Source of the DNA: Pseudomonadota bacterium | Lineage (GTDB): Bacteria; Pseudomonadota; Alphaproteobacteria; Sphingomonadales; Sphingomonadaceae | Assembly: GCA_039033755.1 (NCBI GenBank) | Contig: JBCCBZ010000013.1 | Span: forward strand, 9,044-73,043 | Length of the DNA: 64,000 nucleotides | Direction: 5' to 3' | In this document: positions 56,232 through 64,000 of the stretch, piece after piece | How the letters are laid out: the number at the start of each line of letters is the position of its first letter | How positions within the stretch are numbered: position 1 is the first letter of the stretch | Program-made: the position numbers and the translations under genes | Notes under the pieces: generated by a model | The model's input: only the letters and a program-made list of their open reading frames with translations | What the model was told of the DNA's origin: nothing | Database searches by the model: none

Positions 56232-57041
56232 CTACTTCACGAGGCCAATATCCGGCGCGTCGACCTGCTTCATGCCAACCGTGTGATAGCCTGCATCCAC
56301 ATGGTGGACTTCACCCGTGACGCCAGATGAGAGGTCGGAAAGGAAGTATAGACCCGATCCACCCACATCATCGATTGTGATGTTCCGGCGTAGCGGCGAA
56401 TTCAACTCGTTCCATTTGAGGATGTAGCGGAAATCGCCAATCCCGCTCGCTGCCAGTGTCTTGACCGGGCCGGCGCTGATCGCGTTGACGCGGATGCCTT
56501 GCGGGCCAAGGTCGTTGGCGAGATAGCGCACGCTGGTTTCAAGGGCCGCCTTGGCGACCCCCATCACGTTGTAATGCGGCATGACCTTTTCGGCGCCGTA
56601 ATAGGTCAGTGTGAGGATCGACCCGCCGCTTTCGGGCATCATCGCCGCCGCGCGCCGGCTCACCGCGACGAGTGAATAGGCCGAGATATTCATGGTCATT
56701 AGGAAGTTGTCGAGGCTGGTGTCGACATATTTGCCGCGCAGCTCGTTCTTGTCCGAAAAGCCGATTGCGTGGACGACAAAGTCGAGCGTGTCCCAGCGTT
56801 CCTTGAGTGTATCAAAGGCGGCGTCGAGCGCGTCCATATCGGCCACGTCGCATTCAAAGGTAAAATCGCTTCCCAGCTGCTCGGCCAACGGCTTTACCCG
56901 CTTGGCCAGCGCGTCGCCCTGATAGGAAAAGGCGAGCTCAGCGCCTTGTTCGGCGAGCTGTTTCGCAATCCCCCAAGCGAGCGACTTATCGTTGGCGAGG
57001 CCCATGATCAGCCCGCGTTTGCCCTTCATCAGACCGCTCAT
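56232..57041 (-). CDS. fabI: Enoyl-ACP reductase
   Basis: GLANDKSLAWG, VHAIGFS, YNVMGVAKAALE, AGPVKTLAASGI. Confidence 0.96.
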   Translation of the reverse strand: MSGLMKGKRGLIMGLANDKSLAWGIAKQLAEQGAELAFSYQGDALAKRVKPLAEQLGSDFTFECDVADMDALDAAFDTLKERWDTLDFVVHAIGFSDKNELRGKYVDTSLDNFLMTMNISAYSLVAVSRRAAAMMPESGGSILTLTYYGAEKVMPHYNVMGVAKAALETSVRYLANDLGPQGIRVNAISAGPVKTLAASGIGDFRYILKWNELNSPLRRNITIDDVGGSGLYFLSDLSSGVTGEVHHVDAGYHTVGMKQVDAPDIGLVK

Positions 57042-58051
57042 GCAGCCTCCTCCTCACTCAATGCCTCATCCGCTGGCTCACCATGTTCCGGCTCCGCCAA
57101 CGCGGCGTTCAACTCCGCTCCGATAACCAAGCCTAGCCCGACGAGCCAGAAAAAGAACAGCGCGATCATGATCCCGGCTAAACTGCCATAGACCAGATCG
57201 TAGCTGAAAAATGTGCTCAGCACGGGTGGCATAACGGTCGTGACAGCCAGCCACCACCCCGCTGTGAATAGCGCGCCGGGCCATTTGGGATAAGCGCGGC
57301 CGCTGTATTCGGTCGGGGTCAGCGCCCAAAACAGCATGTAGAGCGAGCCAAACAGACCCAGCGCTGGAATCACGCGCGACGCGCCCATAGTGGTCACCAC
57401 CTCACCGAGCTGCGGCAAAAGCGCGAGTATGAATTGCTGCGCAGCGCCGATCGCGACCTGCGCAAACAGCGATAAGAGCAAGAGCAGCACCGCTGCAATG
57501 ATAAGCCCCGCCGAGGCCAGGCGATAGCGCCAGAACGCCAGCACCGCTTTGGTTCCATAGGCGCGCCGCAACACATCGCGAATCGTTTCAATAAGGCTGG
57601 AGACCGACCACAGGCCCGCCGCTGCGCCGATCCACAAAAGCCACCCGCTGCGCGCATCGATCACGCTTTCGGCCGTCGGCGCGATCACGCTTTGCACCGT
57701 GGGAGGCATGGCCTGCACCACCGTTTCGATGATCATACGTCGCTCTTCAATCTCGCCCACCAACTGGAACAGCGCGGCCGCGAGGATGAAAAACGGGAAG
57801 ATCGACAGCATCGAAAGGTAGGCGAGATTACCAGCGTGAATGAAGCCATCGTTGAAAGTGCCCACGGCAGTGCGCTTCAGCACCTCGAACAGTCGCGATC
57901 CGAGGCCAAGCGCCTTGAGTCCGCGTTCGCGCCAACTGGGTGATTGGGGTTTCGATGATGAGAGCCGGGCGGCGATTAACGCATCGCGTTCGCGCCTGCG
58001 CGCTTCCGGGGACAATGATCGTACGACGTCGGAATGAGGCGGATGACCCAT
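57038..58051 (-). CDS. YihY/virulence factor BrkB family membrane protein
   Basis: HAGNLAYLSMLSIFPF, WPGA, YDLVYGSLAGIMI..FWL. Confidence 0.9.
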   Translation of the reverse strand: MGHPPHSDVVRSLSPEARRRERDALIAARLSSSKPQSPSWRERGLKALGLGSRLFEVLKRTAVGTFNDGFIHAGNLAYLSMLSIFPFFILAAALFQLVGEIEERRMIIETVVQAMPPTVQSVIAPTAESVIDARSGWLLWIGAAAGLWSVSSLIETIRDVLRRAYGTKAVLAFWRYRLASAGLIIAAVLLLLLSLFAQVAIGAAQQFILALLPQLGEVVTTMGASRVIPALGLFGSLYMLFWALTPTEYSGRAYPKWPGALFTAGWWLAVTTVMPPVLSTFFSYDLVYGSLAGIMIALFFFWLVGLGLVIGAELNAALAEPEHGEPADEALSEEEAA

Positions 58052-58086
58052 TGGCGAACCTTACGCGGTCTTTGGGACCGGTTTGA

Positions 58087-59085
58087 TCACAGCCCGAATT
58101 TCTCGCGTGGCTGCGCTGGGTCGCTCCAGTCGCCGAGGATGTCTTCCAGTTGCGACAGATCTTCAGGGAGCTGGATCTCAAGCGTCACCAGCTGATCGCC
58201 GCGAGCGGGCTTGTCCGCGGTAGACCCCGCCTTGGTCCAACCCTTGCCGCCCAACCGCATCACGGTGCCGCCATGGGTGCCTGGTTTAATCGTGAGCATC
58301 ACGGGTCCATCGACCGTGGGGCATTTTACGCGCGCGCCGCGCAGCGCCTCGTCGAGCGTGATCGGCAGATCCATGCGCACATGATCGCCATCGCGGCGGA
58401 AGAAGGGGTGCGGGCCCACTTCGACCAGCACAATGCCATCGCCGCTGCCGCCGGGGCCGGCGTGTCCTTTGCCTTTGAGGCGCATCTGTGTGCCGTCATC
58501 AACGCCGCCGGGCAGTTTCAGACTGATGGTCTTGCCATCAGCCAGCGTGATCCGCTGTTCCCGGCCCGCCGCCGCGTCGACAAATGGGACCGCGAGCCGA
58601 TATTGGATATCGGCGCCTTTCTTGGGCGGAGGCGCGCTGCTGCGTCCGCCTCCGAAGCCGCTGCGAGAACGGGGCTGCGAGCCACCGCGCGGTTTGCCGC
58701 CACCGAACAGCCCTTCGAACAGATCGCCCAGATCCATATCATCGGTTTCAAAGCCGCCAAACTCGGGATCGCGAAAGCCACCGCTGGGGCGTCGTCCGCC
58801 GCCCATTCCGCCGCCGCGTCCAAAGCCACGACCGCCGCCCATACCAGCGAAGGGGTTGAGCGGGTTGCCTTCGTGATCGATCTCTCCGCGATCAAACTGC
58901 GCGCGCGTGTCCGAGTCGGACAGCAAGTCATACGCCTTGGTCACATCCGAAAACCGTTCAGCGGCGTTGGGATTGTCCTTGTTGCGATCGGGGTGAAGCT
59001 CTTTGGCCAGCTTGCGATAGGCGCTCTTGATGTCCTTTTCAGACGCGGTGCGCGCAACGCCAAGGGTACGATAGGGATCAGCCAT
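58087..59085 (-). CDS. Class-B DnaJ/CbpA-like co-chaperone
   Basis: J-domain with HPD, Gly/Phe-rich linker, C-terminal substrate domain, no CxxCxGxG zinc fingers. Confidence 0.9.
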   Translation of the reverse strand: MADPYRTLGVARTASEKDIKSAYRKLAKELHPDRNKDNPNAAERFSDVTKAYDLLSDSDTRAQFDRGEIDHEGNPLNPFAGMGGGRGFGRGGGMGGGRRPSGGFRDPEFGGFETDDMDLGDLFEGLFGGGKPRGGSQPRSRSGFGGGRSSAPPPKKGADIQYRLAVPFVDAAAGREQRITLADGKTISLKLPGGVDDGTQMRLKGKGHAGPGGSGDGIVLVEVGPHPFFRRDGDHVRMDLPITLDEALRGARVKCPTVDGPVMLTIKPGTHGGTVMRLGGKGWTKAGSTADKPARGDQLVTLEIQLPEDLSQLEDILGDWSDPAQPREKFGL

Positions 59086-59244
59086 AGCGTGTTAGCTAGG
59101 TGAGACAGCGTGAGCGCGCAAGCGTGCGGGTGCGTTTCGTGCAAGGTTTGCGCAACCTTTGGCACGCGTCACGCGTTGATCAACGCTGGCGTTGCTCGGC
59201 GCCTGCTCCCATATGCCGGACCTACCCAAAACGAGTCTGAGACA

Positions 59245-59916
59245 ATGACAAAACCCGAAAGCCTCAATGCGAGCCAGCTGGCCGACAGCCAGATACCTAC
59301 CGACGCGGAGCCGTTTGCGCTGTTTGACGCCTGGTTCGCCGAAGCGCAGGCCAGCGAGATCAACGATCCCAACGCCATGGCGCTGGCCACAGCGAACGCG
59401 AACGGCGTGCCTTCGGTAAGAATGGTGCTTTTGAAAGGGCACGGGATTAGTGAAGGCGCGGAGTACGGCGTTGAAGGCGGCGGATTCACCTTCTTCACCA
59501 ATATGGGCAGTCGTAAGGGCACCGATCTGGCAGAAAACCAGCAGGCCTCGATCCTGTTTCACTGGAAGAGCCTGCGCCGTCAGATCCGGGTGGAAGGCGA
59601 GTTGATCCAGGTCTCACCCGAACGCGCAGACGCCTATTTCCATTCACGCCCTTACAAGAGCCAGGTGGGATCGGCTGCAAGCCTGCAATCGCGTCCTTTG
59701 CCCGACCGACAGGTTTATCTCGACGCGGTGGAGACATTGCGGGCGGAACACGAAGAGGCGGGCGAAGTGCCGCGCCCCGACCACTGGACCGGCTTTACAC
59801 TGGCCGCGCGGTGTATCGAGTTCTGGATGGACCGCGACAACCGCTTGCACGACCGCCGCGTCTTTACCCGCGCGAGCGGCGTGGAGCCGTGGTCCGATAC
59901 GTTGCTTTATCCGTGA
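59245..59916 (+). CDS. pdxH: Pyridoxamine 5'-phosphate oxidase
   Basis: DPNAMALAT, RMVLLK, FFTN..SRKG, RQIRVEG, EFW..RLHDR. Confidence 0.95.
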   Translation: MTKPESLNASQLADSQIPTDAEPFALFDAWFAEAQASEINDPNAMALATANANGVPSVRMVLLKGHGISEGAEYGVEGGGFTFFTNMGSRKGTDLAENQQASILFHWKSLRRQIRVEGELIQVSPERADAYFHSRPYKSQVGSAASLQSRPLPDRQVYLDAVETLRAEHEEAGEVPRPDHWTGFTLAARCIEFWMDRDNRLHDRRVFTRASGVEPWSDTLLYP

Positions 59917-59931
59917 TAGAAGACATGGGCT

Positions 59932-60009
59932 CGAACCCAAACGGTTCGCAATGGCGACTGCCCGCCCGCAGCTGCACCGCAGCGCAGTGGAGGGAAAAGC
60001 AGCGAGGAC
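59932..60009 (-). repeat. Solo half copy of the 18.5-kb palindromic element
   Basis: Reverse complement gtcctcg.tgct.ttccctcc[..]ctgcgg.gca.ctgcgggcgggcagtcgcc.ttgcgaa..ttcg aligns with 18567-18651; 19-nt exact match. Confidence 0.85.
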
Positions 60010-60012
60010 ATT

Positions 60013-60819
60013 ATGAAGACCAAGCTCCCTTATTGGCACGTCGACGCGTTTAGCGCGGTGCCCTTTGGCGGCAATCAGGCCGCCGTCATGCTGCTGGACG
60101 AATGGTTACCGGACGATGTGCTGATAAAGATCGGGGCGGAGAACAACTTCGCCGAGACCGCCTTCTTGGTGCGCGATGAAAGCGGCGCCTCGGATTATGA
60201 GTTGCGCTGGTTCACGCCGACGAATGAGATCCGACTGTGCGGCCACGCCACTTTGGCAAGCGGGCACACGCTTCTTACGCACTTTGTCGATTACGCCGAA
60301 GCGCAGCGCGTGACGTTCCAGACGCGTGAATCGGGAATTCTCGAGGTGCGTCGATTGGGCGACGAATATGAAGTTGGCCTCCCCGCCATTGAGACGCATC
60401 GGGAAGATTGGGCGAAAGCGGCGGCGTGTCTTGGTGGATCGCCCAAGGAGATTTGGCGCAATCCGCTGGGCTATAACCTAGCGCTATACGAGGATGAGGC
60501 GGCGATCCGCGCGCTTGATCCCGACTTCAAGGCCTTGGCCGCTTTGGGCAATCACTTGTTCGTGTGCACCGCGCCGGGAATTGAGACGGACATTGTCAGT
60601 CGCGTCTTTGTCCCTTCGCACGGCATTGATGAGGATCCCGTCACCGGCGGCGCGCACGCCGTGCTGACTCCGTTCTGGAACAAGCGTTTTGGGCGCGACC
60701 AATTCACCGCTTATCAGGCGAGCGCGCGCGGTGGCTATCTAAGTTGCCGTCTGGATGGTCATCGTGTGTGGCTTGGCGGGCCCTGCGTGACCGTGGTCGA
60801 GGGGGCGTTCTTGCTCTGA
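60013..60819 (+). CDS. PhzF family epimerase/isomerase-like protein
   Basis: VDAF..GNQA, ETAF, LRWFTP..E..LCGHATL, EDPVTG. Confidence 0.92.
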   Translation: MKTKLPYWHVDAFSAVPFGGNQAAVMLLDEWLPDDVLIKIGAENNFAETAFLVRDESGASDYELRWFTPTNEIRLCGHATLASGHTLLTHFVDYAEAQRVTFQTRESGILEVRRLGDEYEVGLPAIETHREDWAKAAACLGGSPKEIWRNPLGYNLALYEDEAAIRALDPDFKALAALGNHLFVCTAPGIETDIVSRVFVPSHGIDEDPVTGGAHAVLTPFWNKRFGRDQFTAYQASARGGYLSCRLDGHRVWLGGPCVTVVEGAFLL

Positions 60820-60825
60820 AGCGCC

Positions 60826-61980
60826 CTAAGTCCCAGGATACAGCGCTATAACGTCCGCAGCCTCTTGCAGCATTGGTGGACGCTCCGCGCTGGTTGAATG
60901 GCCTAGACGCACCATGGTGACGCCCTGTTCCGGCGACACCAGCACATATTGCCCCATATGCCCGATCAGCGCGAAAAGGCTTTGCGGCGCACGCTTGGGA
61001 AACAAGGGATGGCCGCTCTCAAGGTCCGGATTTGGACGGTTTATCCAGGTTTGAAAGCCGTAATGCGCGCTCGCTGGGCTGGGCTTGGTCATTTGCTTGA
61101 TCCATTTTCCAGGCACCAACTGAACCCCCTTTGGATCGCGGCCTCCGGCGCGCATGAACTCGCCGAATGCGGCAAAATCGCGCGCGTTCGCGTGGATCAG
61201 GCTGCCACCGATCAAGGTGCCACTCGCGTCGAATTCGGGCACCACCGATGTCATACCCAATGGCCCGAACAGCCGGCGCTGCATGAATTCGCTCACCGCT
61301 TTGCGGCGCGTCTCCGCGTCTTCGCTGTTGGTGAGCGCGCGCGCGACGATATCGGCGAGGATCACGGTGGTGTTAGAGGAATACTCAAACTTCTCACCCG
61401 GTACGGCCTCCAGCGGCTGCTCCTTGGCCCACTGCGCCATATCATCGCGCCCATCCAGGAAGAGCATACGCACTTCAGAGCTTTCGAAAGGCGGATCGCC
61501 CGCTTCGGTGTGGTCGAGGCCTGAGCGCATCTGGAGCAGATGGCGCAGGGTGATCTCGGCGCGCGGATCGCCGGGGCGCTGCCACATGGCGACGGGCGCG
61601 GGTTCATCGAGGCTGAGACGTCCGTCCGCGACCAGCATTCCGACCAGAACGGCGGTCACCGTCTTGGCCATGGACCAGCTGATAAAACGGGTTTGCGCAT
61701 TATAGCCATCGCCATATCGTTCGGCCGCGATCTTCCCGTCCTTCATCACCAGAACAGCGCGGGTTTCGCCAAGGCCCTCTTTGGTGAATAGATCGTCCAC
61801 TTCGCGCGCCAGCTCGGTTGTTGGCGCGCCTGGATTATCGGTCACCGCGCTCAGCGCGAACTGCGTAAGCTCTCTGGGTTGAGCGTCCGGCGTCGCCCCA
61901 CAAGCCGAGAGAGCCAAGAGGGCTGGCAAGGAGACCAAAGCGGAGATAGAGCCAGAGCGAACAGAAGAGCGGATCATCAT
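60826..61980 (-). CDS. Serine hydrolase (beta-lactamase class C-like) lipoprotein
   Basis: Lipobox LSAC, SWSMAK (SxxK), FEYSS, GHMGQ. Confidence 0.88.
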   Translation of the reverse strand: MMIRSSVRSGSISALVSLPALLALSACGATPDAQPRELTQFALSAVTDNPGAPTTELAREVDDLFTKEGLGETRAVLVMKDGKIAAERYGDGYNAQTRFISWSMAKTVTAVLVGMLVADGRLSLDEPAPVAMWQRPGDPRAEITLRHLLQMRSGLDHTEAGDPPFESSEVRMLFLDGRDDMAQWAKEQPLEAVPGEKFEYSSNTTVILADIVARALTNSEDAETRRKAVSEFMQRRLFGPLGMTSVVPEFDASGTLIGGSLIHANARDFAAFGEFMRAGGRDPKGVQLVPGKWIKQMTKPSPASAHYGFQTWINRPNPDLESGHPLFPKRAPQSLFALIGHMGQYVLVSPEQGVTMVRLGHSTSAERPPMLQEAADVIALYPGT

Positions 61981-62015
61981 TGGCTCTTCATTTCCTCAAC
62001 TGGTCACGGGATTCA

Positions 62016-62357
62016 ATGGCTAAAGCAAAGTCTTCAGGGTTCGCGCGGGTCTTTGCCTGGATATTGTTGCTGCTGGTAGGCGCGGCACTGTTGGGAGCGT
62101 TTGTCTATCGCGAGATGATCGCCGGCTACGCGAATGTCGGCAGCGCTTACGCCGCGCGCGTCGCGTGCTCGTGCCGCTTTGTCGCCGGGCGCAGTTTGGA
62201 CGATTGCGAGAAGGACAAGCTGGCGGGCATGGAGCTGGTCACGTTGGCCGACGATCCGGGTGCGAAAAGCGTAACTGCTCGCTTTCCTTTGGTGACATCG
62301 CACACCGCAACCTATCGCGAAGGATACGGCTGCGTGCTGGAGCCCTGGGAAGACTAG
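62016..62357 (+). CDS. Small membrane-anchored hypothetical protein
   Basis: ATG 62016; TM segment then GSAYAARVACSCRFVAGRSLDDC...GYGCVLE. Confidence 0.75.
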   Translation: MAKAKSSGFARVFAWILLLLVGAALLGAFVYREMIAGYANVGSAYAARVACSCRFVAGRSLDDCEKDKLAGMELVTLADDPGAKSVTARFPLVTSHTATYREGYGCVLEPWED

Positions 62358-62366
62358 GGCCTCAAC

Positions 62367-63551
62367 CTATGACGCGACTGAGGCTGTCGCGTCGATCCAT
62401 CCGCCGCCGATGACACGTTCACCCGCATAAATGACCGCGGCCTGCCCGGGCGCGACACCGAATTCGGGCGTTTCAAAGTGGATGCGGGTTGAAGCATCAT
62501 CGCCCAAGGGACCTTCAAGCGTGATCGGCACAGGCTTGGCCAGACTGCGGACTTTCGCGGTGAGCGGTTCGTCAGGAATCGCGCCAATGCAGTTGGTTTC
62601 GATCAATTCCGCGCTTTCAACCGCCAGCATCCGCTTGGGACCGACCCGCACGGCGCGCGCCTCGGCGTCGAGGCCGATCACATAGAGCGGTTCGGGCTGC
62701 CCGCCGATTTCGAGCCCCTTGCGCTGACCAACAGTGAAATGGATGATGCCCTTGTGCTGGCCCAGCACCTCTCCGGTCGCGGCGTGGACAATCGGGCCGG
62801 GCACCGCGCCTTCGGGCCGGATCTTGGTCACGATCTTGGCGTAATTGCCGTCGGGAACAAAGCAGATGTCCTGGCTGTCCGGTTTGGCCGCGTTGCGAAG
62901 TCCGGCCGCTTCGGCCAGCTCGCGCACCTGCGTTTTGGGCAGGCCGCCCAGCGGAAAGCGGATGTACTCCAGCTGTTGCTGCGTGGTCGCGTAGAGGAAA
63001 TAGGACTGATCGCGCGCCGGGTCGTTGGCGCGGTAGAGGTGCGGCCCGCTTTCTTCGACTTCGACCCGCTGCACGTAATGCCCGGTCGCCAGGCAATCCG
63101 CGCCCAGCTCGCGAGCCATTTGAAACAGGTCGGTGAATTTTGGCCCCATATTGCAGCGGATGCAGGGCACCGGCGTGCGGCCAGCGAGATATTCGTCGGC
63201 GAATTGATCGACCACGTCTTCGCGAAAGGCGCTTTCATGGTCAAAAACGTAATGCGCGATACCAAGCCGGTCGCATACGGCGCGCGCGTCTGCGATATCA
63301 TCGCCCGCGCAGCACGCGCCTTTGCGCCCTGTGGCCGCGCCGTAATCGTAAAGCTGGAGCGTAATGCCAATCACCTCGGCGCCCGTATCCGCCGCGAGTG
63401 CAGCCACAACTGACGAATCGACGCCGCCGCTCATTGCCACCACGATGCGGCACTTGGACGCCGGGCGTGGAAGGTCAAACAGGCTTTGCGTATCAAACCC
63501 AAAGGTCGCGCTCGGCTGCACACCGGCTTCAAGGGAGGTCGTCGTGTTCAT
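62367..63551 (-). CDS. mnmA: tRNA-specific 2-thiouridylase
   Basis: [40 protein letters not shown]. Confidence 0.96.
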   Translation of the reverse strand: MNTTTSLEAGVQPSATFGFDTQSLFDLPRPASKCRIVVAMSGGVDSSVVAALAADTGAEVIGITLQLYDYGAATGRKGACCAGDDIADARAVCDRLGIAHYVFDHESAFREDVVDQFADEYLAGRTPVPCIRCNMGPKFTDLFQMARELGADCLATGHYVQRVEVEESGPHLYRANDPARDQSYFLYATTQQQLEYIRFPLGGLPKTQVRELAEAAGLRNAAKPDSQDICFVPDGNYAKIVTKIRPEGAVPGPIVHAATGEVLGQHKGIIHFTVGQRKGLEIGGQPEPLYVIGLDAEARAVRVGPKRMLAVESAELIETNCIGAIPDEPLTAKVRSLAKPVPITLEGPLGDDASTRIHFETPEFGVAPGQAAVIYAGERVIGGGWIDATASVAS

Positions 63552-63630
63552 GATGAGCGCGCGATATAGAAGCAAAGCGCGCCCTTCGCCACCCCATCGC
63601 AGCTCTCGGTCGGGCTGGCGTTCCTTGGTA

Positions 63631-63676
63631 AGGATTTCGGCACTAATCCTAAGGGCTGGTAAATCCGAGTTTTACC
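63631..63676. promoter_or_regulatory. Two adjacent operator-like palindromes in the mnmA/ORF divergent region
   Basis: AGGATT-N8-AATCCT (63631-63650) and GGTAAA-N7-TTTACC (63658-63676). Confidence 0.35.
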
Positions 63677-63709
63677 ACATCTTGACGTCCTGTCCTTAGA
63701 GCCAAGGAC

Positions 63710-64000
63710 ATGTTCGAGACGAGCAAGTCCATTCTTGGCCCTTTCTGTGGCGATTCTCGCGAGGATGATTCGTGGGTCATCGAAGACGAATCGGATGCAA
63801 ACGAAGGGGCCAACGTTCCGGCGCGCAGCGGCGATGCGTTGCGCGCGCTTGCGTGGAGTGAGCTCACCGCCCGTCTTAACGCGGCGCGCGAGTTGCGGCG
63901 TGAATTGCGGCAGGAAGCCATCTTGTGCGCCGGGGCTTCCGGCGCGACGTTTGGCGACGCGGCCGCCAGTTTTTTCAAGACATTCGGGGAAGGCCAACGG
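63710..64000 (+). CDS. Hypothetical protein (partial, runs off window; absent from ORF track)
   Basis: AAGGA RBS then ATG 63710; open to the window end: MFETSKSILGPFCGDSREDDSWVIEDES...LAWSELTARLNAARELRRELRQ... Confidence 0.6.
   Translation, partial: MFETSKSILGPFCGDSREDDSWVIEDESDANEGANVPARSGDALRALAWSELTARLNAARELRRELRQEAILCAGASGATFGDAAASFFKTFGEGQR

Overview
High-GC alphaproteobacterial chromosome segment; gene content and order point to Sphingomonadales, Erythrobacteraceae-like (inference). The left ~23 kb is housekeeping and envelope genes: DUF1993, ATP-dependent DNA ligase with ligase-associated exonuclease, S9 peptidase, clpA, quinone oxidoreductase, GST, a plcP-agt phosphate-starvation lipid-remodelling pair with a Pho-box-like array, trcR (DUF1013), acyl-CoA ligase, an M23 peptidase-bactofilin pair, and nadD-rsfS-rlmH-envC-ctpA-dsbB-coq7. 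The middle ~32 kb (23.9-56.1 kb) is a Wzx/Wzy-type surface polysaccharide locus. It has wza/wzc, a complete pseudaminic acid pathway (pseB, C, F, G-H fusion, I), an extra oxidoreductase/aminotransferase/GNAT tailoring module, a KpsS-like candidate nonulosonate transferase, a GDP-mannose 3,5-epimerase-like module, and no classical GT2/GT4 glycosyltransferase. The right ~8 kb holds fabI, yihY, a class-B DnaJ, pdxH, phzF, a serine hydrolase, mnmA and an unannotated ORF running off the end. The main non-coding discovery is a family of multi-hairpin palindromic elements: a ~290-bp symmetric double copy between rsfS and rlmH, a solo half copy between pdxH and phzF, and a diverged relative next to fabI, with compensatory stem changes between copies. 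I saw no rRNA, tRNA, CRISPR array, transposase or integrase. All family assignments come from visual motif recognition, not database searches.
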